From positions 1,472,001 to 1,536,000 of the forward strand of contig CP166615.1 in the NCBI GenBank assembly GCA_041937175.2: a stretch of DNA of 64,000 bases, given 5' to 3'. Of the stretch, positions 10,890 to 21,179 are shown one piece after another. Below the pieces are notes generated by a model, which searched no databases, was not told the DNA's origin, and saw only the letters and a program-made list of their open reading frames with translations. The DNA is from Limnothrix sp. BL-A-16 (GTDB lineage: Bacteria > Cyanobacteriota > Cyanobacteriia > CACIAM-69d). Each line of letters starts with the position of its first letter. Positions within the stretch are counted from its first letter, which is position 1. Made by a program: the position numbers and the translations under genes.

Positions 10890-11043
10890 ACAGATTGTCC
10901 GTTGCAGATTGTCCACTGGAAACCATCTGTTGCTGACTGCCAATCGCAGACTATCTACCGCAGGCTACCCATTGAAAACCGTCTGTTGCAGACTGTCTAT
11001 CGCAGGCTACCCATCGCAGACAAGCCATCACAGACAAATCATT
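10890..11043. repeat. Degenerate tandem array, 11 x 14 bp (consensus about GCAGACTRTCYAYY)
   Basis: acagattgtccgtt/gcagattgtccact/ggaaaccatctgtt/gctgactgccaatc/gcagactatctacc/gcaggctacccatt/gaaaaccgtctgtt/gcagactgtctatc/gcaggctacccatc/gcagacaagccatc/acagacaaatcatt. Confidence 0.85.
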
Positions 11044-11548
11044 GACGAGCTGCCTCGCGCTGGCCGACTCGGCTGGGCAGTGTCTGAATGATGGTGACCC
11101 ATGGGGGCTGCCGTTTCTTGTTTCAGTGATCGCAGCCCAAAGTCGGGACTGAAATCGAGTAGCGCCCTATTCCCTATTCTGGATCGAATTGATCAAATCT
11201 TAAGGAAATTGGATCCCAGCCGGGGCCACCCTGAGTCTAAATAACCGCCTAATCGCACCCTAGCCAATCCCCGACGAAGCGTTTTGATTAAATGAGGCTC
11301 GTCTGCGATTTTGATGCACCGATGGAATGGTCTTTGGGGGGTAGCACCCCAGAGCTGTCGAGCTGCCAACTCCAATTGTTAGCCTAATCCAATCGTCGAA
11401 TAGCCGTCGGTTATTCTAGCGACTTGTGGATGGGGATGTTGTCATCAAACAAACAGGTTGAGGAGTTCAAGTCAGAAATTCCAGGGTGGGCATGTGGGGC
11501 GATCGCCGTTGCGGAGCCTGCAGACCCCCTCTAAACTTCGGGTTCTTG

Positions 11549-12670
11549 CTAAGTTTCAAGGGCGGCACTAATGGCCTGGGCGATGGTTTCATTGCCATCC
11601 AAGGTAAACCGTTGGCCGGGCTGGGAAGGCGTGGGCGCTGCTTGTAGAAAAGACCAATCTCCTTCAAAAAATTCGATCGGTTGCAAAATTTGGTGGGAGG
11701 TTTGGGCTTGAATTTGGTCTAGCAAAATGGGGGCTTCGGCAAATCCATCGCGGGTGAGGGTCGCCACGGTTGGGCCTGTGCGGCAGGCTTCGGCAAAGGT
11801 TCCGTAGCCGGGTTTGGAAACGATGCGCCCACAAAGGGGCATGAAGTCCACGGGCCGAAAGGGGCGATCGCTCGCGTGGTGTTCGATCGGGTCGAGCACT
11901 TGGTACAGGTTGGGCAAGTCCGGGGCCGATCGGTCAAAGGTGATGAAGAGCCAGTCGGGAAATTGCCGCAGCCGTTCATAGGGAATTTGTTGCAGCCCCA
12001 GACCGCCAAAGGTGAGCAAAACGGTGCGATCGCGTGGGACATCTGGTAAACCCAGCTTATCGCGCAATTCCGCCGCGCCGTAGCGGGGTGCGCCGCCCGT
12101 TAAGCCCACATCGGTTTGCTGGGGAAAGCTGGCCATGGGTTCGTGAAACGGCAACCGAAAGAGGCGATCACACCGACGGAAGCGATCGGCAATCCAGTCC
12201 GCCTCTTGCTCAAATTCGCCACCCCAATCTCGGTAAATGAAATCCCAGCCGAAGTTACCGACCGCCCAGCAGGGCAGACCCGCCGCTTGGGCAATGTCGA
12301 TCGCCAGGGGGGGCAAATCGGCCAAAACCAAAGCCACACGCCCATTTTTGACGGACATTTGCCGAATGAAGTCCACCTCTGCCGCCACAATGGCCGCCGC
12401 CCGCGATCGCAGAGCCTGGAGTTGCTCCAGAGTTGTTTGCCGGTCAATTTGCAAACTATCTTGCTGCACCACACCCACATCCAGCGCCCTGGGCCGGTAA
12501 AGAAATTCACCGCTGATATAGGAGCCGAGGAGCCAACGGGGGGCGGTGGTGACCAAAATGGGCAACAGGTCGGGCCGCAGCCGTTGCAGGGTATCAACTA
12601 AAGCAGCCGCTCGGGTGGCATGGCCAAATCCATGGGCAGTAATGGCAACGTAAAGAATGGGACGGGTCAT
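11549..12670 (-). CDS. Glycosyltransferase (GT-B fold; resembles the arabinokinase N-terminal domain)
   Basis: AHGFGHATR, NFGWDFIY, LLTFGGLG, VSKPGYGTFAEA. Confidence 0.8.
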   Translation of the reverse strand: MTRPILYVAITAHGFGHATRAAALVDTLQRLRPDLLPILVTTAPRWLLGSYISGEFLYRPRALDVGVVQQDSLQIDRQTTLEQLQALRSRAAAIVAAEVDFIRQMSVKNGRVALVLADLPPLAIDIAQAAGLPCWAVGNFGWDFIYRDWGGEFEQEADWIADRFRRCDRLFRLPFHEPMASFPQQTDVGLTGGAPRYGAAELRDKLGLPDVPRDRTVLLTFGGLGLQQIPYERLRQFPDWLFITFDRSAPDLPNLYQVLDPIEHHASDRPFRPVDFMPLCGRIVSKPGYGTFAEACRTGPTVATLTRDGFAEAPILLDQIQAQTSHQILQPIEFFEGDWSFLQAAPTPSQPGQRFTLDGNETIAQAISAALET

Positions 12671-12700
12671 GCGGCTGGGGGGTGGGCCATGAAATCCGGT

Positions 12701-13447
12701 CTAGAGGTCTCGAAACAGGGTTTGCACTTTTTCCCAGGCATCGGCGGCGGCCGCTGGATGGTAGCTCGATCGACGATCGCAGAAGAATCCATGGTCTGCG
12801 TCGCGGTAACGGAAGATGCGGAAGTTGCGCCCGTGGGTCACGAGGGCCGCTTCTAGGCGATCGAGCTGGTCAATGGGAATCAGCGGATCGGCCAAGCCTG
12901 CGAAAAACCAGAGCTTACCGTGAATTTGGGAAGTGCGGGTGACAGTTGGCTCGCCGCCCCCGGGGCAAAAGGTGGTGATCCCCGCGCCATAGAACGCAGC
13001 GGTGACGGCGACTTGGGGCAGGGTGGCCGCCAAATAGGCCACGTGGCCCCCAAAACAAAAGCCGATGCAGCCCACAGCTCCGGCTTTGGCATTGGGTTGT
13101 TTTTGGGCAAAGGCGATCGCGGCTTGGATATCTGCCAGCAGTTGATCCGCCTTGGTTAAATCCTTGTGTTGTCGGCCGAGGGCAAGATCTTCGGCGCTGT
13201 AACCCACGGCAAAGCCCGGAGCGGTGCGCTGAAACAGGGCTGGGGCGATCGCCACATAGCCGCACCCTGCCAGGCGATCGCACAGATCTCGAATGTGATC
13301 ATTCACTCCAAACACTTCTTGAAGAACCACAATCACCGGATAGGAACCGGCGGCTCGGGGGCGGGCTAGGTAGCCCTGGAGGTCAATCCCTAAGCCAGGC
13401 TCCTGGGCGGGAATGATAGTAACTTCGCGGCAAATTTCAAGAACCAT
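12701..13447 (-). CDS. Dienelactone hydrolase family protein
   Basis: QEVFGVNDHIRD, nucleophile motif GFCFGG, DPLIP, ADHGFFCD. Confidence 0.92.
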   Translation of the reverse strand: MVLEICREVTIIPAQEPGLGIDLQGYLARPRAAGSYPVIVVLQEVFGVNDHIRDLCDRLAGCGYVAIAPALFQRTAPGFAVGYSAEDLALGRQHKDLTKADQLLADIQAAIAFAQKQPNAKAGAVGCIGFCFGGHVAYLAATLPQVAVTAAFYGAGITTFCPGGGEPTVTRTSQIHGKLWFFAGLADPLIPIDQLDRLEAALVTHGRNFRIFRYRDADHGFFCDRRSSYHPAAAADAWEKVQTLFRDL

Positions 13448-13568
13448 AGGCGCAACCTGGCAACGGAGTCATTACATCGCCGCGATCGTTTGCGATTGTT
13501 ACTGCGATCGTGACTGCGATCATCGATGCGATGAACTTCCGCGAACTTCCATGAACTTCCGTTTCAGT

Positions 13569-14753
13569 CTACCGGGTTCGGCGAATTTCGCCGTAAGCGG
13601 CGATTAACTGCTGGGCAATGGCTGACCAACTGTAGCGATCGCCCGCACAGCGTCGGGCGTTTTGGCCGCGCTGTTGTCGTTCGGCGGGTTGGGTCAAGGC
13701 CTCGCGCACGGCCCCGGCAAAGGAAGACACATCACAAGTGCAAACCCAGCCCGATCGGGTGTCGGCCACATCGGGCCAAATATGTACCTGATCAGAAATC
13801 ACCACCGGCACTCCGGCGGCCATCGCTTCAGCCACCGCAATTCCGAAGTTTTCATAGTATGACGGCAACACAAACAAATCGGCTTGGGCCAGGAGCGATC
13901 GCTTCTGTTCCCCGGTCACGAAGCCCACAATTTCCGTGCGATCGCTCAGGTGCGATCGAGTCAAATAATCTGAAATCGATTGTTCATAATCGGGATCCTG
14001 CACATTGGCCCCCGCCAATACAAACCGAAAGGGCAGCCCCGACACGGCCAACGTTTCCAGCGCAGGAATCACAATATCCAATCCTTTTTTGCGATCGAGC
14101 CGTGACATAAACAGCACCATCGGCCCCACTTCCTTGGCCGGTCGTGCCGTGGGTTGCTCACGGAGCGGCGGCAATGGAACCCCCAAAGGAATCACCCAAT
14201 CGCGGGAAATGGCCCCAAACCGTTCAGAGATTTTGCACTCCTCCGCACTGGTGAAGTGAACAGCGGCAGCCTTGGCTAAATTTCGCCGCTCCAGTAGTCG
14301 CCCATACCACCATTTCAACCTGGCCTTTTTCCGCAAATCCAGCGGATCCAGCGTGCCCAGGGGCCGCAGCACGTAGGGCAACTTGCGCCACCGACAGACA
14401 ATCGCTGCCATGGTGCTGATGGGCGAAAACAGGGCATGGATGTGGGCCACGTCGTATTCCGGTGCGTGTCGCCAGAGCCACCACAACAGCCCGATCGAGA
14501 ACTTATAGCGTCGCCAGGGGGCGCAGCGAAAGTAATAAATCCTATAGTCCTTTTCCAACACGGGCTGGGCGATCGGCACATCCAACGGAGCCTGCCCCGC
14601 ATCCCCATTGCTGTCGGTGGTTAGCAGCGTCACCTGCGCCCCCGCTGCGCCCAGGGCCTGACTTAGCCCCAACACCATCTGGCTCGGCCCGCCATAAACC
14701 AAGGACACGGATGGCACAATTTGCAACAGGCGCAAGGGGCTTGATTCGGTCAT
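13569..14753 (-). CDS. hpsP: GT4 glycosyltransferase, similar to hormogonium polysaccharide biosynthesis HpsP
   Basis: LQIVPSVSLVYGGPSQMVLGL, HIHALFSP, RPLGTLDP, PSYYENFGIAVAEAMAAG. Confidence 0.8.
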   Translation of the reverse strand: MTESSPLRLLQIVPSVSLVYGGPSQMVLGLSQALGAAGAQVTLLTTDSNGDAGQAPLDVPIAQPVLEKDYRIYYFRCAPWRRYKFSIGLLWWLWRHAPEYDVAHIHALFSPISTMAAIVCRWRKLPYVLRPLGTLDPLDLRKKARLKWWYGRLLERRNLAKAAAVHFTSAEECKISERFGAISRDWVIPLGVPLPPLREQPTARPAKEVGPMVLFMSRLDRKKGLDIVIPALETLAVSGLPFRFVLAGANVQDPDYEQSISDYLTRSHLSDRTEIVGFVTGEQKRSLLAQADLFVLPSYYENFGIAVAEAMAAGVPVVISDQVHIWPDVADTRSGWVCTCDVSSFAGAVREALTQPAERQQRGQNARRCAGDRYSWSAIAQQLIAAYGEIRRTR

Positions 14754-15665
14754 GAGAGGCGGACTCCAGCAAGAGGCGATTAGAGCGGGGGGATGAATGT
14801 GATTGCCGGGGTCGCACGGCCTGGGTGCGTCGCGCCCGTGGATTAACGATCCTGAATGATCCCGATCGAAGGGGGGATCTGAATCATGATGATCTCAATC
14901 ATTCATCCAGTTCTTTACCCGTGTTCAGCACCCGTTTTCAGCAAGATTGGCCAAAACCGGGTTTTCCAACCCTAGCCTACCGAAGTCCAACTGGGAGCGG
15001 GCACTGCTAATCGGCCGTCCAGACCCATGATCGTGTTGCGGTTCTTAATCAGTCATTGATGCCGGCATTGATGCCGATATTGATGCCGAAAATACCCCCC
15101 AGTCTATTCAATTGCCGTTTGGCGTTCGATGAGTTTGATTGCAATCAGACCTATTTCAACCCCATTCGTAGCCTAGATAACTGATCTAAACTATGGTTAA
15201 TGACATCTTCGTCAAGATTCTCTAAAAGTCAGCGATTCAAATCAGTTTCCATGGCTCAGTTTTCATGGCTCAGTTGCTGATGCTAACGGCACAATTTGCC
15301 CACAAGATGGGTGTGTGCCAAGGGCAAGGCTGAAACCCCCTGAAAACTGCTGATCTTTGCTTCCTTGACCCACTTCGATCGCCCCTGGGTCGCCCTAGAC
15401 AGTCGGTGAGCAGGAGTTTTTACTCACCACTTTCTTAAAAAATGCTGCGTAATAAGACCGAATATGCTGACAAAGTTACCTTCGTTGATGTAACACTTTG
15501 AGTCAGCATGATGATACAGGCGAAATAACGAGCGATTCCCCCCATAACTTCGCTGCAATTCAGCAAAAATCACTAAGTAAAAATACACATTGCCCATTTT
15601 GAATGGTGCATTCTGATTTTGTTGATCATGCGGGCTAGCTAGCAAGTCATTTTGAGGCGTAAGCC

Positions 15666-16178
15666 ATGTCTCTTGGGTTTTTGGTGCCGACTTTGATCTG
15701 TGTGGCTGCGGTTTATCTGGCTCCAAGATGGCAAGATGAACCGTCGCTGATCCTGAATGGTGTGGCGATTTTGAGCTTTCTGGTGGCCTTGGTCTTGGCT
15801 CCCTGGGAAGTTCAGGTGTTGCTGTTGCTGTCGGTGTGGTGGGTGGCGCGGTATGGCCTTCGGTCTCCGGAGCCGGTGGAGGTGCTGGAGTCGGAGGCCT
15901 TGGCCGATCGGGCGGAGTTGGCGGATGAGGCGGAATCTATGGCGGCCCATACGGCGACCAATGCAGCGAATGATTCGATTTTGGGACATCCCCATTTGGC
16001 GGTAACCGATCGGGTGTATCGCGGTGTAATTTGGCATATGCCCGATCGCGGAGGGCTGAGAATGCCGAAAAAACGGCAAGAGGTCACTTCCGAAACCATC
16101 GAAGCCCCAGAAGTTGAAGCAGCTAACCAAACGATCGAGCTGAAATATCGCGGGGCCACGTTCCGCCGCCAGGTCTGA
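15666..16178 (+). CDS. Membrane-anchored hypothetical protein with C-terminal DUF4278-like YRG motifs
   Basis: Hydrophobic N-terminus; VYRGVIW and LKYRGATF motifs. Confidence 0.65.
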   Translation: MSLGFLVPTLICVAAVYLAPRWQDEPSLILNGVAILSFLVALVLAPWEVQVLLLLSVWWVARYGLRSPEPVEVLESEALADRAELADEAESMAAHTATNAANDSILGHPHLAVTDRVYRGVIWHMPDRGGLRMPKKRQEVTSETIEAPEVEAANQTIELKYRGATFRRQV

Positions 16179-16290
16179 CCCAAGGTTTAACCCAAGGCTT
16201 AACCCAAGGTTTAACCAACGATCGAGCTGAAATATCGCGGGGCCACGTTCCGCCGCCAGGTCTGACCCAAGGCTTAACCCAAGGCTTAAC
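16124..16290 (+). repeat. Direct duplication (about 87-bp period) of the gene 3' end plus 12-bp ACCCAAGGYTTA tandem units
   Basis: ACGATCGAGCTGAAATATCGCGGGGCCACGTTCCGCCGCCAGGTCTGACCCAAGG occurs at 16131 and 16218; 3 and 2 copies of the 12-mer follow. Confidence 0.92.
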
Positions 16291-16385
16291 TGCTGCTGGA
16301 CTCAAGCTAGCGGTTCCCCTCAAATTCCGCTGAGGTTTGCCATTTCGATTTTGGCCAAGCGGATGCCATTGCTAATATCAACGGC

Positions 16386-17567
16386 ATGGCGATTATTTCT
16401 TCCAAGTCAACCGGTGGCGGCAACCCTGATCCCCAGCCTCCCCGCAAGCCAGCTCGACGATCGAATTCCCCGCGATCGTCCGTTTCGCCGTCGCTGTTGG
16501 ATCCGGCGGCTACCCCCGAGGAAGCTCACCAAGATGCGGCCAAGCCCGCCAGCCAGTCTCCTCAGGGCGATCGGCCCGATGAGCGTGTGCGCCCCCAACG
16601 ACTGGCGGACTATGTGGGTCAGCAGGATTTGAAAGACGTGCTGACCATTGCGATTCAAGCGGCCCAGGGTCGCCGGGAGCCGCTGGATCACCTGTTGCTC
16701 TATGGGCCGCCAGGCCTGGGCAAAACCACGATGGCGCTGATTCTGGCCGGCGAGATGGGTGTGTCTTGCAAAATTACGACCGCACCGGCCCTGGAGCGCC
16801 CTCGGGATATTGCCGGGCTGCTGGTAAATTTGCAGCCGGGGGATTTGTTGTTTGTGGATGAAATTCACCGGTTGCCCCGGGTCACGGAAGAAATTTTGTA
16901 TCCAGCAATGGAAGATTTTCGGCTGGATGTGACGGTGGGCAAGGGTCAGAGCGCCCGCACCCGATCGATCCCGTTGCCCAAGTTCACCCTCGTGGGTGCA
17001 ACAACCCAGGTGGGGGCCCTCAGTTCGCCCCTGCGCGATCGCTTTGGCCTGATCCAGCGGTTGCGGTTCTATGAACCCGAAGAGCTGGCCCGGATTGTGT
17101 TGCGGACGGCGACGATCTTGCAGGTGGCGATCGAGCCGGACGGGGCCGCAGAAATTGCCCGGCGATCGCGCGGAACCCCCCGGATCGCCAACCGCCTGTT
17201 GCGGCGTGTGCGGGACTACGCACAGGTGAAAGGGGCGGAAACCCAGGGCAAAACAACCATTGACGGGGCGATCGCGGCGGCGGCCTTGGAGCTGTTCAAT
17301 GTGGATCCTCGGGGGCTGGATTGGACCGATCGCCGACTCTTGAGCGCCATCATTGAGCAGTTCAACGGCGGCCCCGTGGGTCTGGAAACCTTGGCAGCCG
17401 CCACCGGGGAAGATGCCCAGACGATCGAAGAGGTCTATGAACCCTATCTGATGCAAATTGGCTATCTTCAGCGCACTCCTCGCGGCCGCGTTGCCACCCC
17501 CGCCGCTTGGAAACACCTGGGCTACTCTAAATTTCTCCCCACGTCTCTTGACTCTCTACTGGACTAG
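16386..17567 (+). CDS. ruvB: Holliday junction branch migration helicase RuvB
   Basis: [51 protein letters not shown]. Confidence 0.97.
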   Translation: MAIISSKSTGGGNPDPQPPRKPARRSNSPRSSVSPSLLDPAATPEEAHQDAAKPASQSPQGDRPDERVRPQRLADYVGQQDLKDVLTIAIQAAQGRREPLDHLLLYGPPGLGKTTMALILAGEMGVSCKITTAPALERPRDIAGLLVNLQPGDLLFVDEIHRLPRVTEEILYPAMEDFRLDVTVGKGQSARTRSIPLPKFTLVGATTQVGALSSPLRDRFGLIQRLRFYEPEELARIVLRTATILQVAIEPDGAAEIARRSRGTPRIANRLLRRVRDYAQVKGAETQGKTTIDGAIAAAALELFNVDPRGLDWTDRRLLSAIIEQFNGGPVGLETLAAATGEDAQTIEEVYEPYLMQIGYLQRTPRGRVATPAAWKHLGYSKFLPTSLDSLLD

Positions 17568-17764
17568 AGAATAGAGAATGGATGTGCTGCCCAGCCCTAG
17601 ATCCCAAGATCCTGTCAGTACAATCTTGTGGGCAGCTTTTTTCAGTCTTTTTGATCGTTTCGATCGGCCGGCTCCCAACGCTACAGGTAGACTCTCTGGG
17701 CTGCCCCGGCTGATCGCAGGCGTAATCGTATCCTCAAAACGCCCCACCGCAGTGCTGGCAGCCG

Positions 17765-18220
17765 TTAGGGATTCAGGAGACCAAATTCTTGAACCGCTGG
17801 CAAAAAGTTGCGGTTTTCGTGGCCGGGTTGGCTGAGCTTAATGAGCGCAAATCGCTGCAAGTCACTGAGCGATCGCCACTGTTGCTCGCTCACGGTGACT
17901 CCAACCCGCGCTGCTTGTGCTGCGACTGAATCGGGCAAGTCGGCACTCAGCCAAGGAAACGGGTTTTCCAGGGGCAAATCTTTGGGAATTTCACCCGATC
18001 GGGCTGCCACCAACTCACATAGCTCCTGGCGATAGGTTTCCTGCTCGGGCAAGGTGTCGCAAGGAGCCAAAACTAACTGCAAGCGATCGGCCTCGGACAG
18101 TTGGTTCCAGTGGTGCAGTTTGAGTTTAATGCCGACTCGATCGAGTCGGTAGCGAACCACCATGGGGATGCACCGTAACCCAGTGATGAAGTCTTGCTCA
18201 AACCGAAAGAAAGGTGACAT
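17765..18220 (-). CDS. Nitrate reductase-associated protein (NarM-like)
   Basis: FRFEQDF...LRCIPMVVRYRLD.VGIKLKLHHW...LQRFALIKLSQPGHENRNF. Start 18220, 18250 or 18349. Confidence 0.85.
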   Translation of the reverse strand: MSPFFRFEQDFITGLRCIPMVVRYRLDRVGIKLKLHHWNQLSEADRLQLVLAPCDTLPEQETYRQELCELVAARSGEIPKDLPLENPFPWLSADLPDSVAAQAARVGVTVSEQQWRSLSDLQRFALIKLSQPGHENRNFLPAVQEFGLLNP

Positions 18221-19208
18221 TTCCGAAACAATTTTTGGGCGATCGGCCATTGTGAGTGAATTGGTTGCTGAATGTTTCGTGACTGACTCAAAACCCATAG
18301 GAACCCTGAATACTCTGCTCTTGATGTTCTCAAGAGAGTTCTGAACCATGGAATCATAAATTGCAGCTTGCTATTTTTGACGATCTTTCTCTGAAATTTC
18401 TGACCAAGGACTGCAATTTTAGGCTTGTTTGGATTTAATCAGCGATGGGTGATTGCTGCGAAGTTTTGCGCTAGCATTGCCTTAACTAAATATTAACCAA
18501 TCTCAAGGGATCACCGAAAATGCTCCTAAAAAACTAAATCCAAGATGCAATCATTCACCAGGACTGCCAACCTGGGACTTGAATTTCTTGGAATTTTCAG
18601 CCAGTCTCTAACCATCCTGATCCACCTTGACGATGACTAAGTAATCCGATCGCCCGATCAATCCCGCCAATTCATCAACTCACCCCTGCTAAACATCCAA
18701 CGAAACAGCAGCTCTGAGAACCATACAGAGAAGCCTGTATTAAATCATTCCTGATTCGTAGATAAAATTACGGACTCAACGGGTGAGTTCACCGCTCTGT
18801 CTTCATTTTGACCGGGTTGAATTGATGGCTGTTGTATGACTGACCAGGTGATCGTTGATCGGTTCAGGTCTGCCACTCCCCCCGCCAGGAGTCGCTTTTG
18901 GGACTTGTTCCAAACATTCAAAGTAACCTTTAAATCGGTCACTAACCGATCTAATGACAACTGCTGTTTATGTCAGATCATGACTTGAAAGATAGCGCGA
19001 TTCAATGAGGCAGCGGCATCCGTTACCTTCGGCTGAAAACCTTTGGGAAGCGTATCAACCTGCCAATCAATAGTCTGTTTAATTTCTTCAGAAGCCCCCA
19101 AGTTAACTGAAGAATAGGACTAAACCTATGCTTTAAAGCAATTGATTCCACTGCATCCTTACAACAGGCCAAGCCTGCCACTGAAATTCCAGATCAGGAC
19201 ATCAACAT

Positions 19209-21059
19209 ATGGCGATTGATCTCAAGCAAATGGCGCAGGAGTTGCGACGTGCTCCTATTCTTGCCGATTGTTCTGTGCAAGAACTGGCAAGAGTTGTGCC
19301 CTATGCCGTGGAACATTTTCTGGAAAATGGCCAACCCTTATTTCAGTCAGGTAATCCTGCTTTAACCCTCTATTTTGTGCGCCGAGGTAAAGTGCAACTT
19401 TGGGCTGGGGGGCGCGTCATTGCGGAGGTGGAACATGGTTTTGTGGGCGAAGAGGCGGCCGTTGCCTCCGACTACTACATGGCTGATGCGATCGCGGTTG
19501 ACAACACGGAAGTGATTGCCTTGCCTCGCGAGGCTATTACCAAAGTGGCCGGTGTTGGCACTCCAACCATCGATCGATTCTACGCTTCCCTGCTCAGTCA
19601 TTACAGCGGGCAGCCTAACCGAGAACTGGAGAGTCGATCGCCCATTAATCAGCTCAAACGGAATGACTGGGTGCAATCCTGTGGCTGGATTTTATCAGTG
19701 CTGATCCCCGGTATTTTGTACTTAGCTTTGAGGGAAACTGCGGAATTTGACTGGAATTCCCAGATGTTTTTGATCGTACTCACATCCACGATCGTGATGT
19801 GGGTTTTTGGGATGGTTCCTGAATTTATTCCTGGTCTTTTTTGCATTCTGTCATTGCTAATTTTAGATATTGCTCCCAGTGAAGTCATTCTTTCTGGCTT
19901 TGCATCGGGCAGCTTTTTTATGGCACTCAGCCTCTTTGGGCTGGGAGCCGTTTTGATGGGGTCTGGATTAACCTATCGTCTAGTTTTGTGGCTCTCCCGA
20001 TTCATTCCCAAAACAGAAAGTTGGTATGCCACTGCTTTGTTTTTAACCGGATTGGCCATGACCCCAATTCTGCCTTCGGCGAATGGTCGAATTGGTCTGT
20101 TATCGCCTATTCTAACGGACACCATTGATGCCACAGGAGCCAAACCAGGTGGCAAAGCTGCCAGCCATCTAGCCTTTGCTGCCTTTAGTGGGGCGAGCTT
20201 GCTTTCCCATGTATTTCTGAGTAGTAAATCCGCCAATTTTGTGGTTTATGGTCTCTTGCCTTTACAGGTTCAACAACAATTTAGTTGGGTCTATTGGTTG
20301 CAAGCGAGCTTAGTGGTGGGGATCGTGACCCTAGTGCTGTACTTTATTTCCACAAAATTCCTATTTAGCAATAATCAAGCCTTTGAAATTTCCCAACAAC
20401 AGGTGGAAGCTCAGGTGGAAACCCTGGGCCCCTTGAGCAGCCAAGAGTGGATTTCGCTGGTCAGCACGATCGTGTTGTTGCTGGGAATCGTCACCGCATC
20501 CATTCACAAAATCCAATTGCCCTGGATTGGTTTGGGGGTTCTATTTCTGGTGCTATCGCTGGGGATTTTGAAAAAAAATGAATTTCGCACTCAAATTGAC
20601 TGGCCATTTTTGATTCTACTGGGCAGTTTGGTCGGAATTGCAGAAGCCATGTCCTACTTAGGTCTTGATACTCACTTTGGTGGGTATTTGACTTGGCTTA
20701 GCGATTCTATGAACTCCAATTTTCCTCTTTTTATCTTTTTATTGAGCCTGACAATTCTGGTTGTACGATTTGTGATCCCCAACACGACTGCCGTTGCAAT
20801 TTTTGCCACAATATTAATCCCGATGGCGGAAAGCAATGGAGTGAATCCTTGGATTGTGGGAGCGATTATCCTGAATATCAGCGATGCTTGGTTTTTTCCT
20901 TACCAATGTTCTTACTATCTACAATTTCAGGAGCTATTGGACAAACAGCAACTTTTTAATGAGCGTTTAATTTTACGAGGCAACTTACTGACAACGCTGA
21001 TTCGCTTCTTTTCAATCTATCTATCATTAGGATATTTTCGTACCCTTGGAATTCTCTAG
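19209..21059 (+). CDS. cNMP-binding (CAP-type) domain fused to a DASS/SLC13-family anion permease
   Basis: N-terminal LFQSGNPALTLYFVRRGKVQL...GFVGEE. C-terminal multi-pass membrane domain with LSGFAS, PILPSANGR, IDWPFLILLG, IPNTTA. Confidence 0.85.
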   Translation: MAIDLKQMAQELRRAPILADCSVQELARVVPYAVEHFLENGQPLFQSGNPALTLYFVRRGKVQLWAGGRVIAEVEHGFVGEEAAVASDYYMADAIAVDNTEVIALPREAITKVAGVGTPTIDRFYASLLSHYSGQPNRELESRSPINQLKRNDWVQSCGWILSVLIPGILYLALRETAEFDWNSQMFLIVLTSTIVMWVFGMVPEFIPGLFCILSLLILDIAPSEVILSGFASGSFFMALSLFGLGAVLMGSGLTYRLVLWLSRFIPKTESWYATALFLTGLAMTPILPSANGRIGLLSPILTDTIDATGAKPGGKAASHLAFAAFSGASLLSHVFLSSKSANFVVYGLLPLQVQQQFSWVYWLQASLVVGIVTLVLYFISTKFLFSNNQAFEISQQQVEAQVETLGPLSSQEWISLVSTIVLLLGIVTASIHKIQLPWIGLGVLFLVLSLGILKKNEFRTQIDWPFLILLGSLVGIAEAMSYLGLDTHFGGYLTWLSDSMNSNFPLFIFLLSLTILVVRFVIPNTTAVAIFATILIPMAESNGVNPWIVGAIILNISDAWFFPYQCSYYLQFQELLDKQQLFNERLILRGNLLTTLIRFFSIYLSLGYFRTLGIL

Positions 21060-21179
21060 ATCATTGCTGAAGACCATGAAATCAACTTTGAGAGACTCCT
21101 CAACGAGCATTCATCTGATCTTTGCGTTTCAAGCGATGGCAGCTTAAGGCCGATCCACTTCTCCACTCACTCTCTAGCC

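Noticed and set aside
10890..11043. Possible CRISPR array (also considered at 16124-16290, 22477-22540, 47046-47120 and 50856-50945)
   Set aside because: Units are contiguous 12-15-bp tandems without unique spacers, and no cas genes are present
15000..15665. Glutamine riboswitch upstream of the DUF4278-like gene
   Set aside because: I could not find the conserved motif blocks by eye; an Rfam scan would be needed
16407..17516. 369-aa ORF antisense to ruvB, and similar long antisense ORFs at 8537-9541 and 32237-33361
   Set aside because: Shadow frames of GC-rich, codon-biased real genes; no recognisable motifs
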